DNA of 64,000 bases from Bacteroidales bacterium (GTDB lineage Bacteria; Bacteroidota; Bacteroidia; Bacteroidales; UBA932). The position numbers and the translations under genes were made by a program. The notes below the pieces were generated by a model. The model was given only the letters and a program-made list of their open reading frames with translations. It searched no databases and was not told the origin of the DNA. The stretch's first letter is position 1; the number at the start of each line of letters is the position of its first letter. Where the stretch lies: assembly GCA_031551625.1 (NCBI GenBank), contig JAVBNJ010000030.1:1592-65591 (forward strand), written 5' to 3'. Shown piece by piece: positions 38,401-46,201 of the stretch.

Positions 38401-38588
38401 ATATCAAAGTCTACCGGGATTTGTTTGGTTGTCAGACTTTGTTTGCTTATACTTTTGTCAGAAAAACTTGGTGGCGTACCCCCTTCACTAATTTGTGCAT
38501 TAGCGGGCGTAAGCCATATTACTGCCATCAACAGCAATACTATTTTTAGAAAAGAATTGTATCGTTTCATAGTTAAATTTATTTTCAT
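32484..38588 (-). CDS. giant (2034 aa) T9SS-secreted multidomain protein with an N-terminal trypsin-fold serine endopeptidase (lysyl-endopeptidase-like)
   Basis: Signal peptide. Catalytic motifs CSGTLI...LSAHHC, DGALLRL and GSSGSPLFD. PKD/Ig-like and beta-sandwich repeats follow. The C-terminal Por sorting domain is TVYPNPVESSTKF...GVYVLQLV...STKLVVK. Confidence 0.85.
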   Translation of the reverse strand: MKINLTMKRYNSFLKIVLLLMAVIWLTPANAQISEGGTPPSFSDKSISKQSLTTKQIPVDFDIAALKAEDAKLEAMGYPLRIAQIIPVHMTMENSGEWTTLPSGQRIWRLSVKAPNALGILLTYDEFVIPAGGKLFIYNPSHSKVLGAYTSKNNPKRAEYATELIGGDEVILEYAEPLSDGLKDTPIAGSTQIRKQQITVDGSTADKPRIVISGIGYGYNHMELRGSDFKINWPSGACEVNVNCPEGDNWQDQKKGVARILTRTEQGFALCSGTLINNTAQNLDPLFLSAHHCYMDLPERYHNQTIYYFHYEAPGCKSASGYDPDAPTIVGATMLVDVPLNGGADGALLRLNEPIPESYNVYFNGWDRRNIAAESGVGIHHPTGDIKKISTYVVPANTTTAVMSSGEIGATNAHWQIFFAATQNGHGITEQGSSGSPLFDQNKRVVGTLTGGSSSCNNPTYQNLYGKLWYHWDQSAQKMKDYLDPRGTGLEYIDGTYSAGIDPVAVFMVSKSEIYASESVTFKDVSTAATTWDWLFAGGSPSSFSGKIPPVIAYNTPGTYEAKLVINKGTEKESSVSETITVLQKQKTCTDILNIGTGTGESPFPFGATDLHTLSSSIYTPGELGSTPGSITEIAWNAGLATAYARTLYVYIKEVDNATFAAEGNTWLNEIAGATLVYQSSAYWINDAGWTTIKLTMPFNYSGTKNLKIMVRATGTVISTSSKCYYTTTTNAHMQWVGNGQALPMVSGTVNDNRPNVKIKFEKSCGAADAPVAEFTALTERNLLKEGFDVRKAFPPAGWVIEKPGTSNSQWVQNNVQNYFFSTIDPTSVFSALVVAESGSNMVDTWLKSPAVSITDATTKMEFYTEYSGTLLANMTIMLYISSDDGVTWDQVWTAGNANTTMGYQWRKQTIDLSSYNGKTLKFAWQVKGNGGFHIGIDGVRVFTPNPSGKIEINEGETVSFTDLSSGPPVSWSWTLPGSNNETTTEVNPTAKYMNNGVYSATLKVANNFGENTKTFDGVVTVKAQKPIPTFLSYSNGFTMKSNYGQFLPLTGGRVIYQDTTRNYPKSFEWELPGADPATSTSRLFEVRYPEGKNTYPVTFKATNTAGTSELTIPDYIKVGGTAEVWNVQQGEDPTQYYSDGSEYIIAPGTGYFAFISERFVAPATGEISSVKVHTLVTSGTPVMLVGIYSDKNGMPGTLLASSTVTNLNNSGYTTVTFPQPAGVSGAFHVVLAKSSTSGAYAVSTTEARSNGYGTVYVYYQNTWMAIPALLSGFYLSMNIVPEFTYTTAELTSATSFKRKDVDATTGEVTFTASGKSWRVETDPWIIPSAQNGTVDAEGKGTFTFTCTNNTTDAVRNGAITVYASGNPLTVLVKQGGSYPSNFQAVYDDNEKDINVSWSKGINPTKSAAESSNTNMPDAEQKQMDEKSIQNVVLTPYQKLSADKYKLISTSTTSATPARASAAEISKQDDAATTLLRWDNGTNYTAIGVTASTPAEMEIAVLFDMSDLLSYQGAKIKGIEFFPKVLGQSMKVNIRQNGQIVYTQPMEGLTAGQFNRIIFTNPLTLDVTKELMVSYSYIQAAGGASDNVFVAGCDAGPAMEGKGDLIALRGDDFTPLSSISQISVNWNLAVVLETEAVKPTTYKLYRGGRVLIESMTEHSFKDKTAFTGDHCYTISATYNGDAEMESELSPATCLFAKAVMTVTAHNAERTENTPNPTFTGGISGMYLDGDTESDIAAMVSYTTDVDETSVAGMYAIRPVVNNTSPDRYAFTIVDGTLTVKAEPNTISQQPVSASVCSGENHSFNIAASGLEVTYQWQKQNGTSWQNISGANTQNLTINNATLADAGNYRVVISGRSERTYSDVATLRVGIPMNSSTNKIMVFEWDDIPMINCNPATNGGFTFVSFQWYKNGVAILGATKPFIQAEANATYHCEMLTSDNKPVSVCPFSHTAGSTALTVYPNPVESSTKFIVKMNGASEGSVINIYNVNGILVKGNIPVYGAENSVDASGLQQGVYVLQLVGPNGVNYSTKLVVK

Positions 38589-38595
38589 AGGATTT

Positions 38596-39483
38596 TTATC
38601 TGAAAGCTATGCGTGCCTTGATACCAATGGTCATGAGATTAATTTTATCAACTCCCACGCCATTCGTTGCCGATTGCAGTGCACTGTTGTAGCTGTAAGG
38701 AGCAGTTGCACCTTTGTATACCACCATTGTGTTACCGCTTGGGGTGTAAATGTTATTCAACCCATAGTCGAAATAGGCGCCGGTGTAGAGTTGCAAGCGG
38801 TCGGTCAATCGCCATTTCATACCGGCTTCGAGTGCCAACATGCATGTGAACTTCAAATCCAAATCGCCATCGTACGAAGGATTGGCAAGGATTCGGAAGC
38901 CAAGCGATTCGTCGGTATACGTTTCGCCCGTGTATTTCGACTCGCCTGTAACTGCCAGTGAAGTTGCGTCAGCCTTGTATGTCGACGTTAACGGAATACC
39001 AAATTTGAAACCCGCTGCGGCATAAAACTGATTTTTCGCTACAGGCAATGAATACTGCGCCATTAACGGAATGTTGAGGTACATGGCCGATTGTTTTTCT
39101 TCATAAGATGCATAATCACCATGGATAAAGAATCGAGTGTCGCTCCCCGGAGGAGGCGTTGGTGTAATGGGCGGCGAGGGTATTTCGTAACTCTCGCTCA
39201 CCGCATCGGCTTTAAACGTGCTGTTGTAAAACGCAAGGTCAAGACCCGTTGTAAAGCCCCATGTTTCGGTAAAGTTGTAGGTATAGCCAAGCCCGAAACC
39301 GCCGCCAAAGCTGCTACTGCGCGAACCTGTGGAAACGCTGTATTGCAGGGTTGACAAGCCGCCCGAAGCATTAAACATAAACTCATGCGGAGTAGTTTGC
39401 TTCTCCTGTATCACGTCTTGTTCCTGTGCCGTAGCAACGGAGGCAAGAAACAGACTGAGTATTGTAATGTATATTTTTTTCAT
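38596..39483 (-). CDS. outer-membrane beta-barrel protein (porin-like OMP_b-brl family), paralog B
   Basis: Signal peptide ending ATAQEQ. It is a paralog of 31599-32459. It starts 22 nt downstream of giant gene 39506-45967 and ends 7 nt upstream of giant gene 32484-38588. Confidence 0.7.
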   Translation of the reverse strand: MKKIYITILSLFLASVATAQEQDVIQEKQTTPHEFMFNASGGLSTLQYSVSTGSRSSSFGGGFGLGYTYNFTETWGFTTGLDLAFYNSTFKADAVSESYEIPSPPITPTPPPGSDTRFFIHGDYASYEEKQSAMYLNIPLMAQYSLPVAKNQFYAAAGFKFGIPLTSTYKADATSLAVTGESKYTGETYTDESLGFRILANPSYDGDLDLKFTCMLALEAGMKWRLTDRLQLYTGAYFDYGLNNIYTPSGNTMVVYKGATAPYSYNSALQSATNGVGVDKINLMTIGIKARIAFR

Positions 39484-39505
39484 ATTTTCTTTCTTGATGG
39501 TTAGG

Positions 39506-42500
39506 TTACTGTACTACGATGTTGAATGTTTTCTTTTGTCCGCTTCCCGATATAATTTGCAACACATATGCACCTGACGCTTCTGGCGCTTTAATAGTTG
39601 ACGTATAGTCAGCAGGCATATCAACCTGCAATACACCTTGCATGTTATATAGGCGGATACGTGCACCTTTCTGCTCGTTTTCATCCAAATACGAGTAAAC
39701 ATTGAGCGGATTGCCTGCTTTTACCGGATTGGGAAATACTTGCATATCCTGTGTTGTTGCAACTGTCGGATTAAGCGCACAAGTGGACACTGTAGTGCCA
39801 TCGCTGGTAGTTAAGAGCACGGTATAATTTGATGTGGCTGCATTGGGGCGTTTGCTGAGGTACAGCGTACTCCTGGTTTCACCGTCAATTGCTACACCGT
39901 TTTCGTACCATTGGAAACCGGTAAACGTATAGCCGCCATTGTGTGCAGGCACGTTAATAATCGATAGTACATCGTCCCACAATTGCGCTATTACTTGCGA
40001 TGCTGCAAACGGGCGTATTACGTTTACCATGTAATCTTTGGTGGTAGTTCCATCCGAAGCCAGGGAGCGAACTATAATTGCCGTATGCATATCTGTAGCT
40101 GTATACGGCATACTCACCGGTGTATTATTTACAAGATACGACACCGTGCCACCTGCCTGCGCTGTGGCCGCAATGTTTACATTGCTGGCGTCACAAGGCA
40201 AGTTAAGCGTGTATTGTGTAACGTTGGCATCAAATGCCGGCGACAACGCTCCGTTGCCTGTATCATTTATCAAGCCGGTTAATGCAGCGTCGGCCGTAGG
40301 TAGCGCCGTAAAGGTTGCCTCGATCAGATGGTTTGCATTGATGTTGGCAAACACGTAACTGCCGCTGTTTATAGCATCGGCATTGCTTACGCCATCAATT
40401 TGTACATCTTGTATTTTAAAACCTGATGCAGGCGTAACGGTATATGCTTTACTGCTGCTGTAGGTTACTGTGGTAGCACCTGCAGGCGATATGCTACCGT
40501 TAGCTCCGGCATTAGCCGTTATGCTGAAAACCTTCCGCTCGAACGTTACATTGATAGTATGATCTGCTGTGACGTTGGTAAATGTATAGCGACCTGCTTT
40601 AGCAGAATCGGGAACATTTACACCGTCAATTAACACTTGCGAGGTTTTGTACCCCTCAGCAGGTGTAAAGGTGAAAGCATAGTTGTTGCCATAACTTACA
40701 GTTTGCACTGCACCGGGCGATATGCTGCCGTTAGCACCTCCTGTTGGTGTAAGGCTAAACGTGGGAATCACACAATCGGTGGTCATGCAAACTCTGTCGG
40801 ACTCGAAACCATAATTACCACAAATAGCTGCGACACAATAGGTATGCGTACCCGCGGTAATTCCGCTATCATCAGTATAGGTTGTTACGGTAGCGTTTGA
40901 CGCAATTTTTACACCATCGCGATACACATTATAACTTCCACTGCCTACTAATGGTGCCGTCCAGCCTAATCCTATTTTAAATTGACCATCATACGGATAG
41001 TTGATAAGGTTTATACCCGACGGCTGCGCGCATTGCGGCGCAATGGCAACATCGTCAATCAGTATATTATTTCCGCCCATACCAACACCCTCGATAATTA
41101 CATACGCTGATGTGGGAATTGCCGAACAGTCGAGATTGACACGGTATTGATACCAGCCCTCTTTCTCAACTACGGGCGACAAAACGGAACTACGGTGAAC
41201 AGTGGCCAATGGAGTAAGACCCGTGATATCGGGCGTTGCACTCAAGTAGATGTTTACCGAGTCGGGTTTTTGACCACTACCTGGAGAGGCATCGTAATTA
41301 TCACGATACATCCAGAAGGCAAGCACATAGTCGGTTTTAGCGGTAGAGAAGGCCGGCGTAATTACCAAACCTTTTGTACCTGCGAGATATGACGGACAAT
41401 TGAATAGCAACATATATGGACCTGTATGCGGACCTGTATGCGGCACTCCCGACAAAGCAATCTGACGAATAAAGCTATTGCTTATTGGAGTTGTCCAGCA
41501 AAGCGGTGGAAATTTTGCTTTATCAAAACTTTCATATATTTCTTCAAACGGTGTAGCACAGGGTATTTCGAGCATATCTACTACTACAGGTTCGGTTTTT
41601 GCCGACTCGCAATAACCGTTGTTCCATACGGTTGATAAGTGGTAGGTATAGGTGCCTTGCCCCGGTACTGAATCTAAATGCATGAAGCCCTTGATAGGAT
41701 TGGCTGTCAGAAGAGAGTCGTCGCGATACAGATTATACCCTACAGGGAAAGTTTCGCTACCATGAATGATAAATGGCATACCTTGGCTTGCCCCACTGTG
41801 CGCGTCTTTCAAATCTTGCCACCAAAATACAGGATGCAAATCGTCTTTTGGCATTTGCTGTTTGGCATTTCCGGTTGCCTCCTGCCCTTTAATGGCAATG
41901 GGCACACCCCATGTTTGCGCACCGGTTTGGGGGGTTGCACCCGGTGCACTTAAGCTGTAGCGCACCCAGTACGTTCCGGCGAGAAGCTCGGTATTAATGG
42001 TTGCCGTAATTTTCATAATGGGGCGCTCGGTATTTTGCATATCCGACGGACGAACCCTGTATATCCCTGTAAACTCCGTCGACTTCAAATAACTTTTATC
42101 TTCATTTCCCCAAATAATTTTACCATCTGCCGATGGGTCACCATCATATATCAACACGTTGATAGCGCGGAAGGTTGAAGTCGTCCCTGAGTTAGTTACA
42201 AACCCGAAGAAATCGATATCCGTAATAAACGTTGGCGCGGTGAGTGTAAAATCGTCGGCAATGGCATAGTGTGACGAGTGCGTGTTGGCATAGCCCGGCG
42301 TGGTATTGGTTTCGGTGGTAGCACTCACATCTGCCCCCCCTTTGCCCGCTCCGGCATCGGTAACTAGTTTCGCTTCGTCAAGAATAACTGTTTCGCCCAT
42401 CGGGTCGGGCAACCCCCATGTCATTTGCACGTTGTACCACTCCGGCTCGTGCAGTTCCAAAGCTGTAAGGTCTTTCGGCAAGTTGCATGCGCCCGGCGTA

Positions 42501-45500
42501 GCAATGGTAACCGATGTGCAGGTTTGCTTCGATACGCCGCAGGAGTTATTATAGAGCGCCTCGACACAATAATTGTGTACGCCCGGATCCACTCCGGCAT
42601 CGGTATAAGTAGTTTGGGTTACGGTGGCGAGGAGACCATTATCGCGATAAACATTATAACCTGTTGTATTATCGGAGCCGTCCCATGTCAGCACCACTGT
42701 ATTTTGTTCTTTGATGTAGCCGCCTAAATTCTCAGCCGGCGGGCAAATTTCTCCCACCTCAATGACATCCAACATCACACCGCTACCACATCCGATAGCT
42801 CCTTCAAAAGCAATCCAATAAGTAGCAGAGGGATCTGGTAAGGCCAGGGATTTATGCACCCATGTCGTAATATTAGCAGAATATTCCGCTAACATAATCC
42901 ATTCGGCAGCTGCCGAATTTTTATAATATATCCGCAAGGTGTCTTGACTTGTTCCACTAGCCTTTTGGGCATGCCAGAAGCTAACCATCGGATTAGCTAA
43001 ATTACTAATATCAAAGAGCGGTAAAATAAGCTTTGTCTTAGCACCCTTATTACTTGCCAATCCACTCACAAAACGAAGTTTGTAATTGCTATTATCGGGA
43101 GTCGTTGCCGGCACACCAATTGCTTTTTCAGCCACGCTCCAAGCAAGACCTTTCGCATCTTTTTCCTGTATCCAGCACGAAGGGATAGCATTTCCCTCAA
43201 AGCCTTCGGAGAAAGGAGCAACCGTCGCGATTTCGCAAGGGTTAATAGGCATAACAACTTCATGAGTAGTTTTGTCGGATTCGATGGAAGTACCGTAAAT
43301 CGCCGAAATACCATAAGTATAAGTACCTTGCCCGGGAGCTATATCCACATAACTACGATTAGTAATTACATCGGCATTTAATTTCACATCGTCCCTGTAT
43401 ACATTATAGCCGGTAACATCAGTTGCCAAAGACCAGCCATTAAGGATAAACGGCAAAGTCGTCGGAGACCCACCAGAGGTCCAGTCTTTCCATGTATTGT
43501 TCCTAAACTCATACGTTTTAGCATTACCAATTTTTGCAATACCATTAGCATTCATAACCGGTATAGTAAAGGGTCCATTAGCCGACATTGTCCCATCGGC
43601 CGATAATTCAACCCAATAGGTTCCCGGAGCCAGCTTAAGGTTATCAATAAACACTTTGACCCGCATAATAGGGCGCTGGTTATTCAACATACCCCCTCCC
43701 AACGTTGTAGTGGTTCTATAAATATTTGTAAATGAAGCCGACTCAAACCGGTTGGTACTCCTGTCGCCCCAAACCACACGGCCACCTGCCGAAGGATCGC
43801 CATCATATATAGTCACACAGGCTTTGTTAATTGTAGGGGTTATTCCCGAGCCTGTTTGGTGGGCATAAAATTCAAGGGACGATAATACGGTTTCTTGGGT
43901 TACAGTAAAATCATCGGCAATAGTATAAGTTCCCACCTGAAAATTTTCCCAAGCCCTTGGAGATGGAGAACTAACATCGTAGAAACTAACATCAGCGCCA
44001 CCAAAGCCCGCTCCCGGATGAGTCATAACAGGCCCGTTATTAAAAATTTCCGTAGCAGCGGTACCTTCATTGTCTTCAATAGTTATATCCCAATTCAAAT
44101 GGACATTATACCAGTTCGGGTTGTGAAGCTCCGAAACGATATTTTCAGGAGCAAGATAGGTAAGTACATTTACGTCTGTACATACGTCAGCCGATTCGCC
44201 TGCACGGTAAACAGCTTTTACGCAATAACTATGACTTCCACCTGATAGATTCATGTCGGTGTAGGTTAAAGCCGTTGTGGTGGTTAAAGCCGACCCGCCC
44301 CGATAGATGGCATAAGATACCGGATCGACATCTGCCGGTTTCGTCCAGCTTAAAGTCACATTTCTACCCTCTACTGATCCTGCCAAGTTACCCACCACAG
44401 AAAGAGGTTCTCCAGCCTCAATTGTAATATTATCCAATTGCACACCATTTCCTAGTCCACAAGTATGCTCAAAAGCAATCTGGTAATTTGCCGATGGGTT
44501 AGGCAACGCAATAGCTTCGGCCGACCATTTTTCGGCAGCCGTTGGAGAATTATAAGAAACATAAGGTGTCGGCGTATTGTATTCTCTCAAAAATGTCCAA
44601 CTACTAGCGCTACCGGATGCTTTGTAGTAAACCCGTAATGTATCCATGTAGGGAACGGTAACGGGGGTTGTGTTGCGGATGGCTTGTCCACGATAAAAAG
44701 AAATAGTCGGACATTCCAATGTGCTGATATCCACCATCGGCATTATCAATTTTGTTTTGACCCCTGTAGCAGTAGCAGCTGTTTTACTTGGAATATAAAC
44801 TTTCCGGGCACCGGTAGTAGTACCATCCGGAACACAGTTCGGAACTCCCGAACTATAGCTTGTTGTTGTCCATTCAATATTATTAGCATCTTTTTCCTGT
44901 GTCCAGCACTCCGACGGAAGGACCGTACCGCTGGTTGATTGAAATCCTTCGAAGTAAGGGAAAGTTCTTATAGGGTCGTCGCATGCCCATATTGGCATTT
45001 CAACGGTATGGGTAGTCGGAGTCGACTCGCAAGAACTGTAAACAGCTGTTACGCCGTATGTATAAGTACCGTTACCGGACGGTGTCAAATCCGTATAACG
45101 GCGGCCTGTAACCGGCTCCGTATTCAACTGTACATTATCCCGGAACACATTATATCCCATTACGTCGGAAGCGACTGTTTTTCCATAAAGCGTAAATGCC
45201 AGTGCCACTCCTTTATTATTATTAGATGTCCAAGCAGCCCATGTTCTTGAAGAAACAGTATAGACTTTAGCATTACCTTCCTTTGTGGTATTGTCGGCAT
45301 TCATGGCCGATTTTATATTAGGGTCTAAGGTCGCGTTATTTTTTACAGCTATTTCAATCCAATAAGTACCGGCTGCTAGGGGTAAATCGCTAAAATTGGC
45401 TCTAACCTTCATAACCGGATAACTTGTGTTTGTAGGAGTGCTCGTAGGTACGTGATATACATTGGCACGCTCAGCCGACTCCAGGCAATCGTCCGCTCTA

Positions 45501-45967
45501 TCGCCCCAAACAATAGCTCCGCCGGCCGACGGATCGTCATCGTAAATAACAACATACACTTCTTGGACATTTGCCGTGTTAAAAGTGTTATTCAAATAAA
45601 TATAAAATTCTACTGCCGACAGAACGGTCTCCTGCGCTAACACAAATTTATCGGCAATAGCATACTTTTCTGCCTTACATGACTTATAGGGCGTTTGGGT
45701 AGGAGTAGTGGTATACGCAGACACCGTATTCCCCTGACTATTAGTACCAGTAACAATCCCCCCATTGTCAAAAATGGTCGTAGTGGAGGCGCTTACTGTG
45801 GAAGCCCCCGTAGGCAACGACCACTGCAACTGAAGGTTGTACCAACTCGGTTGGTGCGTTAGGTTTGCTGTCACGCTTGCCGGGGCATTGCACGACTGAG
45901 AATAAGCCACATTGAATGCCGCAGCAAGTGCCAGCCAGCAAACAAGTGTTGTAATGATTTTTCTCAT
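39506..45967 (-). CDS. giant (2153 aa) T9SS-secreted repeat protein or adhesin
   Basis: Signal peptide. Three tandem modules of about 560 aa (WYN beta-sandwich, FN3-like GYNV(F/Y)RD..TYTYG, MAM/choice-of-anchor-like FEGF..CW..KTKL..DTLR(V/I)YYK). Two Listeria-Bacteroides-type repeats (GANGSISP). A cadherin-like domain. C-terminal Por sorting domain VFPNPVKAGNPL...GAYVLQII...FNIVVQ. Confidence 0.85.
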   Translation of the reverse strand: MRKIITTLVCWLALAAAFNVAYSQSCNAPASVTANLTHQPSWYNLQLQWSLPTGASTVSASTTTIFDNGGIVTGTNSQGNTVSAYTTTPTQTPYKSCKAEKYAIADKFVLAQETVLSAVEFYIYLNNTFNTANVQEVYVVIYDDDPSAGGAIVWGDRADDCLESAERANVYHVPTSTPTNTSYPVMKVRANFSDLPLAAGTYWIEIAVKNNATLDPNIKSAMNADNTTKEGNAKVYTVSSRTWAAWTSNNNKGVALAFTLYGKTVASDVMGYNVFRDNVQLNTEPVTGRRYTDLTPSGNGTYTYGVTAVYSSCESTPTTHTVEMPIWACDDPIRTFPYFEGFQSTSGTVLPSECWTQEKDANNIEWTTTSYSSGVPNCVPDGTTTGARKVYIPSKTAATATGVKTKLIMPMVDISTLECPTISFYRGQAIRNTTPVTVPYMDTLRVYYKASGSASSWTFLREYNTPTPYVSYNSPTAAEKWSAEAIALPNPSANYQIAFEHTCGLGNGVQLDNITIEAGEPLSVVGNLAGSVEGRNVTLSWTKPADVDPVSYAIYRGGSALTTTTALTYTDMNLSGGSHSYCVKAVYRAGESADVCTDVNVLTYLAPENIVSELHNPNWYNVHLNWDITIEDNEGTAATEIFNNGPVMTHPGAGFGGADVSFYDVSSPSPRAWENFQVGTYTIADDFTVTQETVLSSLEFYAHQTGSGITPTINKACVTIYDGDPSAGGRVVWGDRSTNRFESASFTNIYRTTTTLGGGMLNNQRPIMRVKVFIDNLKLAPGTYWVELSADGTMSANGPFTIPVMNANGIAKIGNAKTYEFRNNTWKDWTSGGSPTTLPFILNGWSLATDVTGYNVYRDDVKLNADVITNRSYVDIAPGQGTYTYGISAIYGTSIESDKTTHEVVMPINPCEIATVAPFSEGFEGNAIPSCWIQEKDAKGLAWSVAEKAIGVPATTPDNSNYKLRFVSGLASNKGAKTKLILPLFDISNLANPMVSFWHAQKASGTSQDTLRIYYKNSAAAEWIMLAEYSANITTWVHKSLALPDPSATYWIAFEGAIGCGSGVMLDVIEVGEICPPAENLGGYIKEQNTVVLTWDGSDNTTGYNVYRDNGLLATVTQTTYTDAGVDPGVHNYCVEALYNNSCGVSKQTCTSVTIATPGACNLPKDLTALELHEPEWYNVQMTWGLPDPMGETVILDEAKLVTDAGAGKGGADVSATTETNTTPGYANTHSSHYAIADDFTLTAPTFITDIDFFGFVTNSGTTSTFRAINVLIYDGDPSADGKIIWGNEDKSYLKSTEFTGIYRVRPSDMQNTERPIMKITATINTELLAGTYWVRYSLSAPGATPQTGAQTWGVPIAIKGQEATGNAKQQMPKDDLHPVFWWQDLKDAHSGASQGMPFIIHGSETFPVGYNLYRDDSLLTANPIKGFMHLDSVPGQGTYTYHLSTVWNNGYCESAKTEPVVVDMLEIPCATPFEEIYESFDKAKFPPLCWTTPISNSFIRQIALSGVPHTGPHTGPYMLLFNCPSYLAGTKGLVITPAFSTAKTDYVLAFWMYRDNYDASPGSGQKPDSVNIYLSATPDITGLTPLATVHRSSVLSPVVEKEGWYQYRVNLDCSAIPTSAYVIIEGVGMGGNNILIDDVAIAPQCAQPSGINLINYPYDGQFKIGLGWTAPLVGSGSYNVYRDGVKIASNATVTTYTDDSGITAGTHTYCVAAICGNYGFESDRVCMTTDCVIPTFSLTPTGGANGSISPGAVQTVSYGNNYAFTFTPAEGYKTSQVLIDGVNVPDSAKAGRYTFTNVTADHTINVTFERKVFSITANAGANGSISPAGATTVTYSSSKAYTVTPASGFKIQDVQIDGVSNADAINSGSYVFANINANHLIEATFTALPTADAALTGLINDTGNGALSPAFDANVTQYTLNLPCDASNVNIAATAQAGGTVSYLVNNTPVSMPYTATDMHTAIIVRSLASDGTTTKDYMVNVIRPFAASQVIAQLWDDVLSIINVPAHNGGYTFTGFQWYENGVAIDGETRSTLYLSKRPNAATSNYTVLLTTSDGTTVSTCALNPTVATTQDMQVFPNPVKAGNPLNVYSYLDENEQKGARIRLYNMQGVLQVDMPADYTSTIKAPEASGAYVLQIISGSGQKKTFNIVVQ

Positions 45968-46035
45968 AGATCTGATTTTTTTATGGTTAAAAATTATAGG
46001 TTTTTATTAAAATATTGTATGATTTTTATTAAACA

Positions 46036-46043
46036 CAAAGGTA
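46036..46043 (-). promoter_or_regulatory. -7 promoter box for the giant T9SS operon
   Basis: TACCTTTG on the minus strand, 69 nt upstream of ATG 45967. Confidence 0.4.
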
Positions 46044-46171
46044 ATTGCTAATTATAGAAAGGCCAAATTTTCAAGGTATACAAATGGTAACGCCCAAAAA
46101 AAGCTATTGCTGAAAATCAATTACTTAAAATTTATATCTGGTTTCTATCTGGTAAGTTGTAAGATAAATTG

Positions 46172-46179
46172 TAGATTTG
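46172..46179 (+). promoter_or_regulatory. -7 promoter box for the TPR-LuxR regulator gene
   Basis: TAGATTTG, 23 nt upstream of ATG 46202. Confidence 0.4.
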
Positions 46180-46201
46180 TAAACAAAAAATCAACCAAAT
46201 T

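Noticed and set aside
30177-45967. The giant-gene region as a mobile island or prophage.
   Set aside because: There are no integrase, transposase, phage structural or conjugation genes, and no flanking direct repeats or tRNA attachment site. The only tRNA, at 26596, is 3.5 kb away, with housekeeping genes in between.
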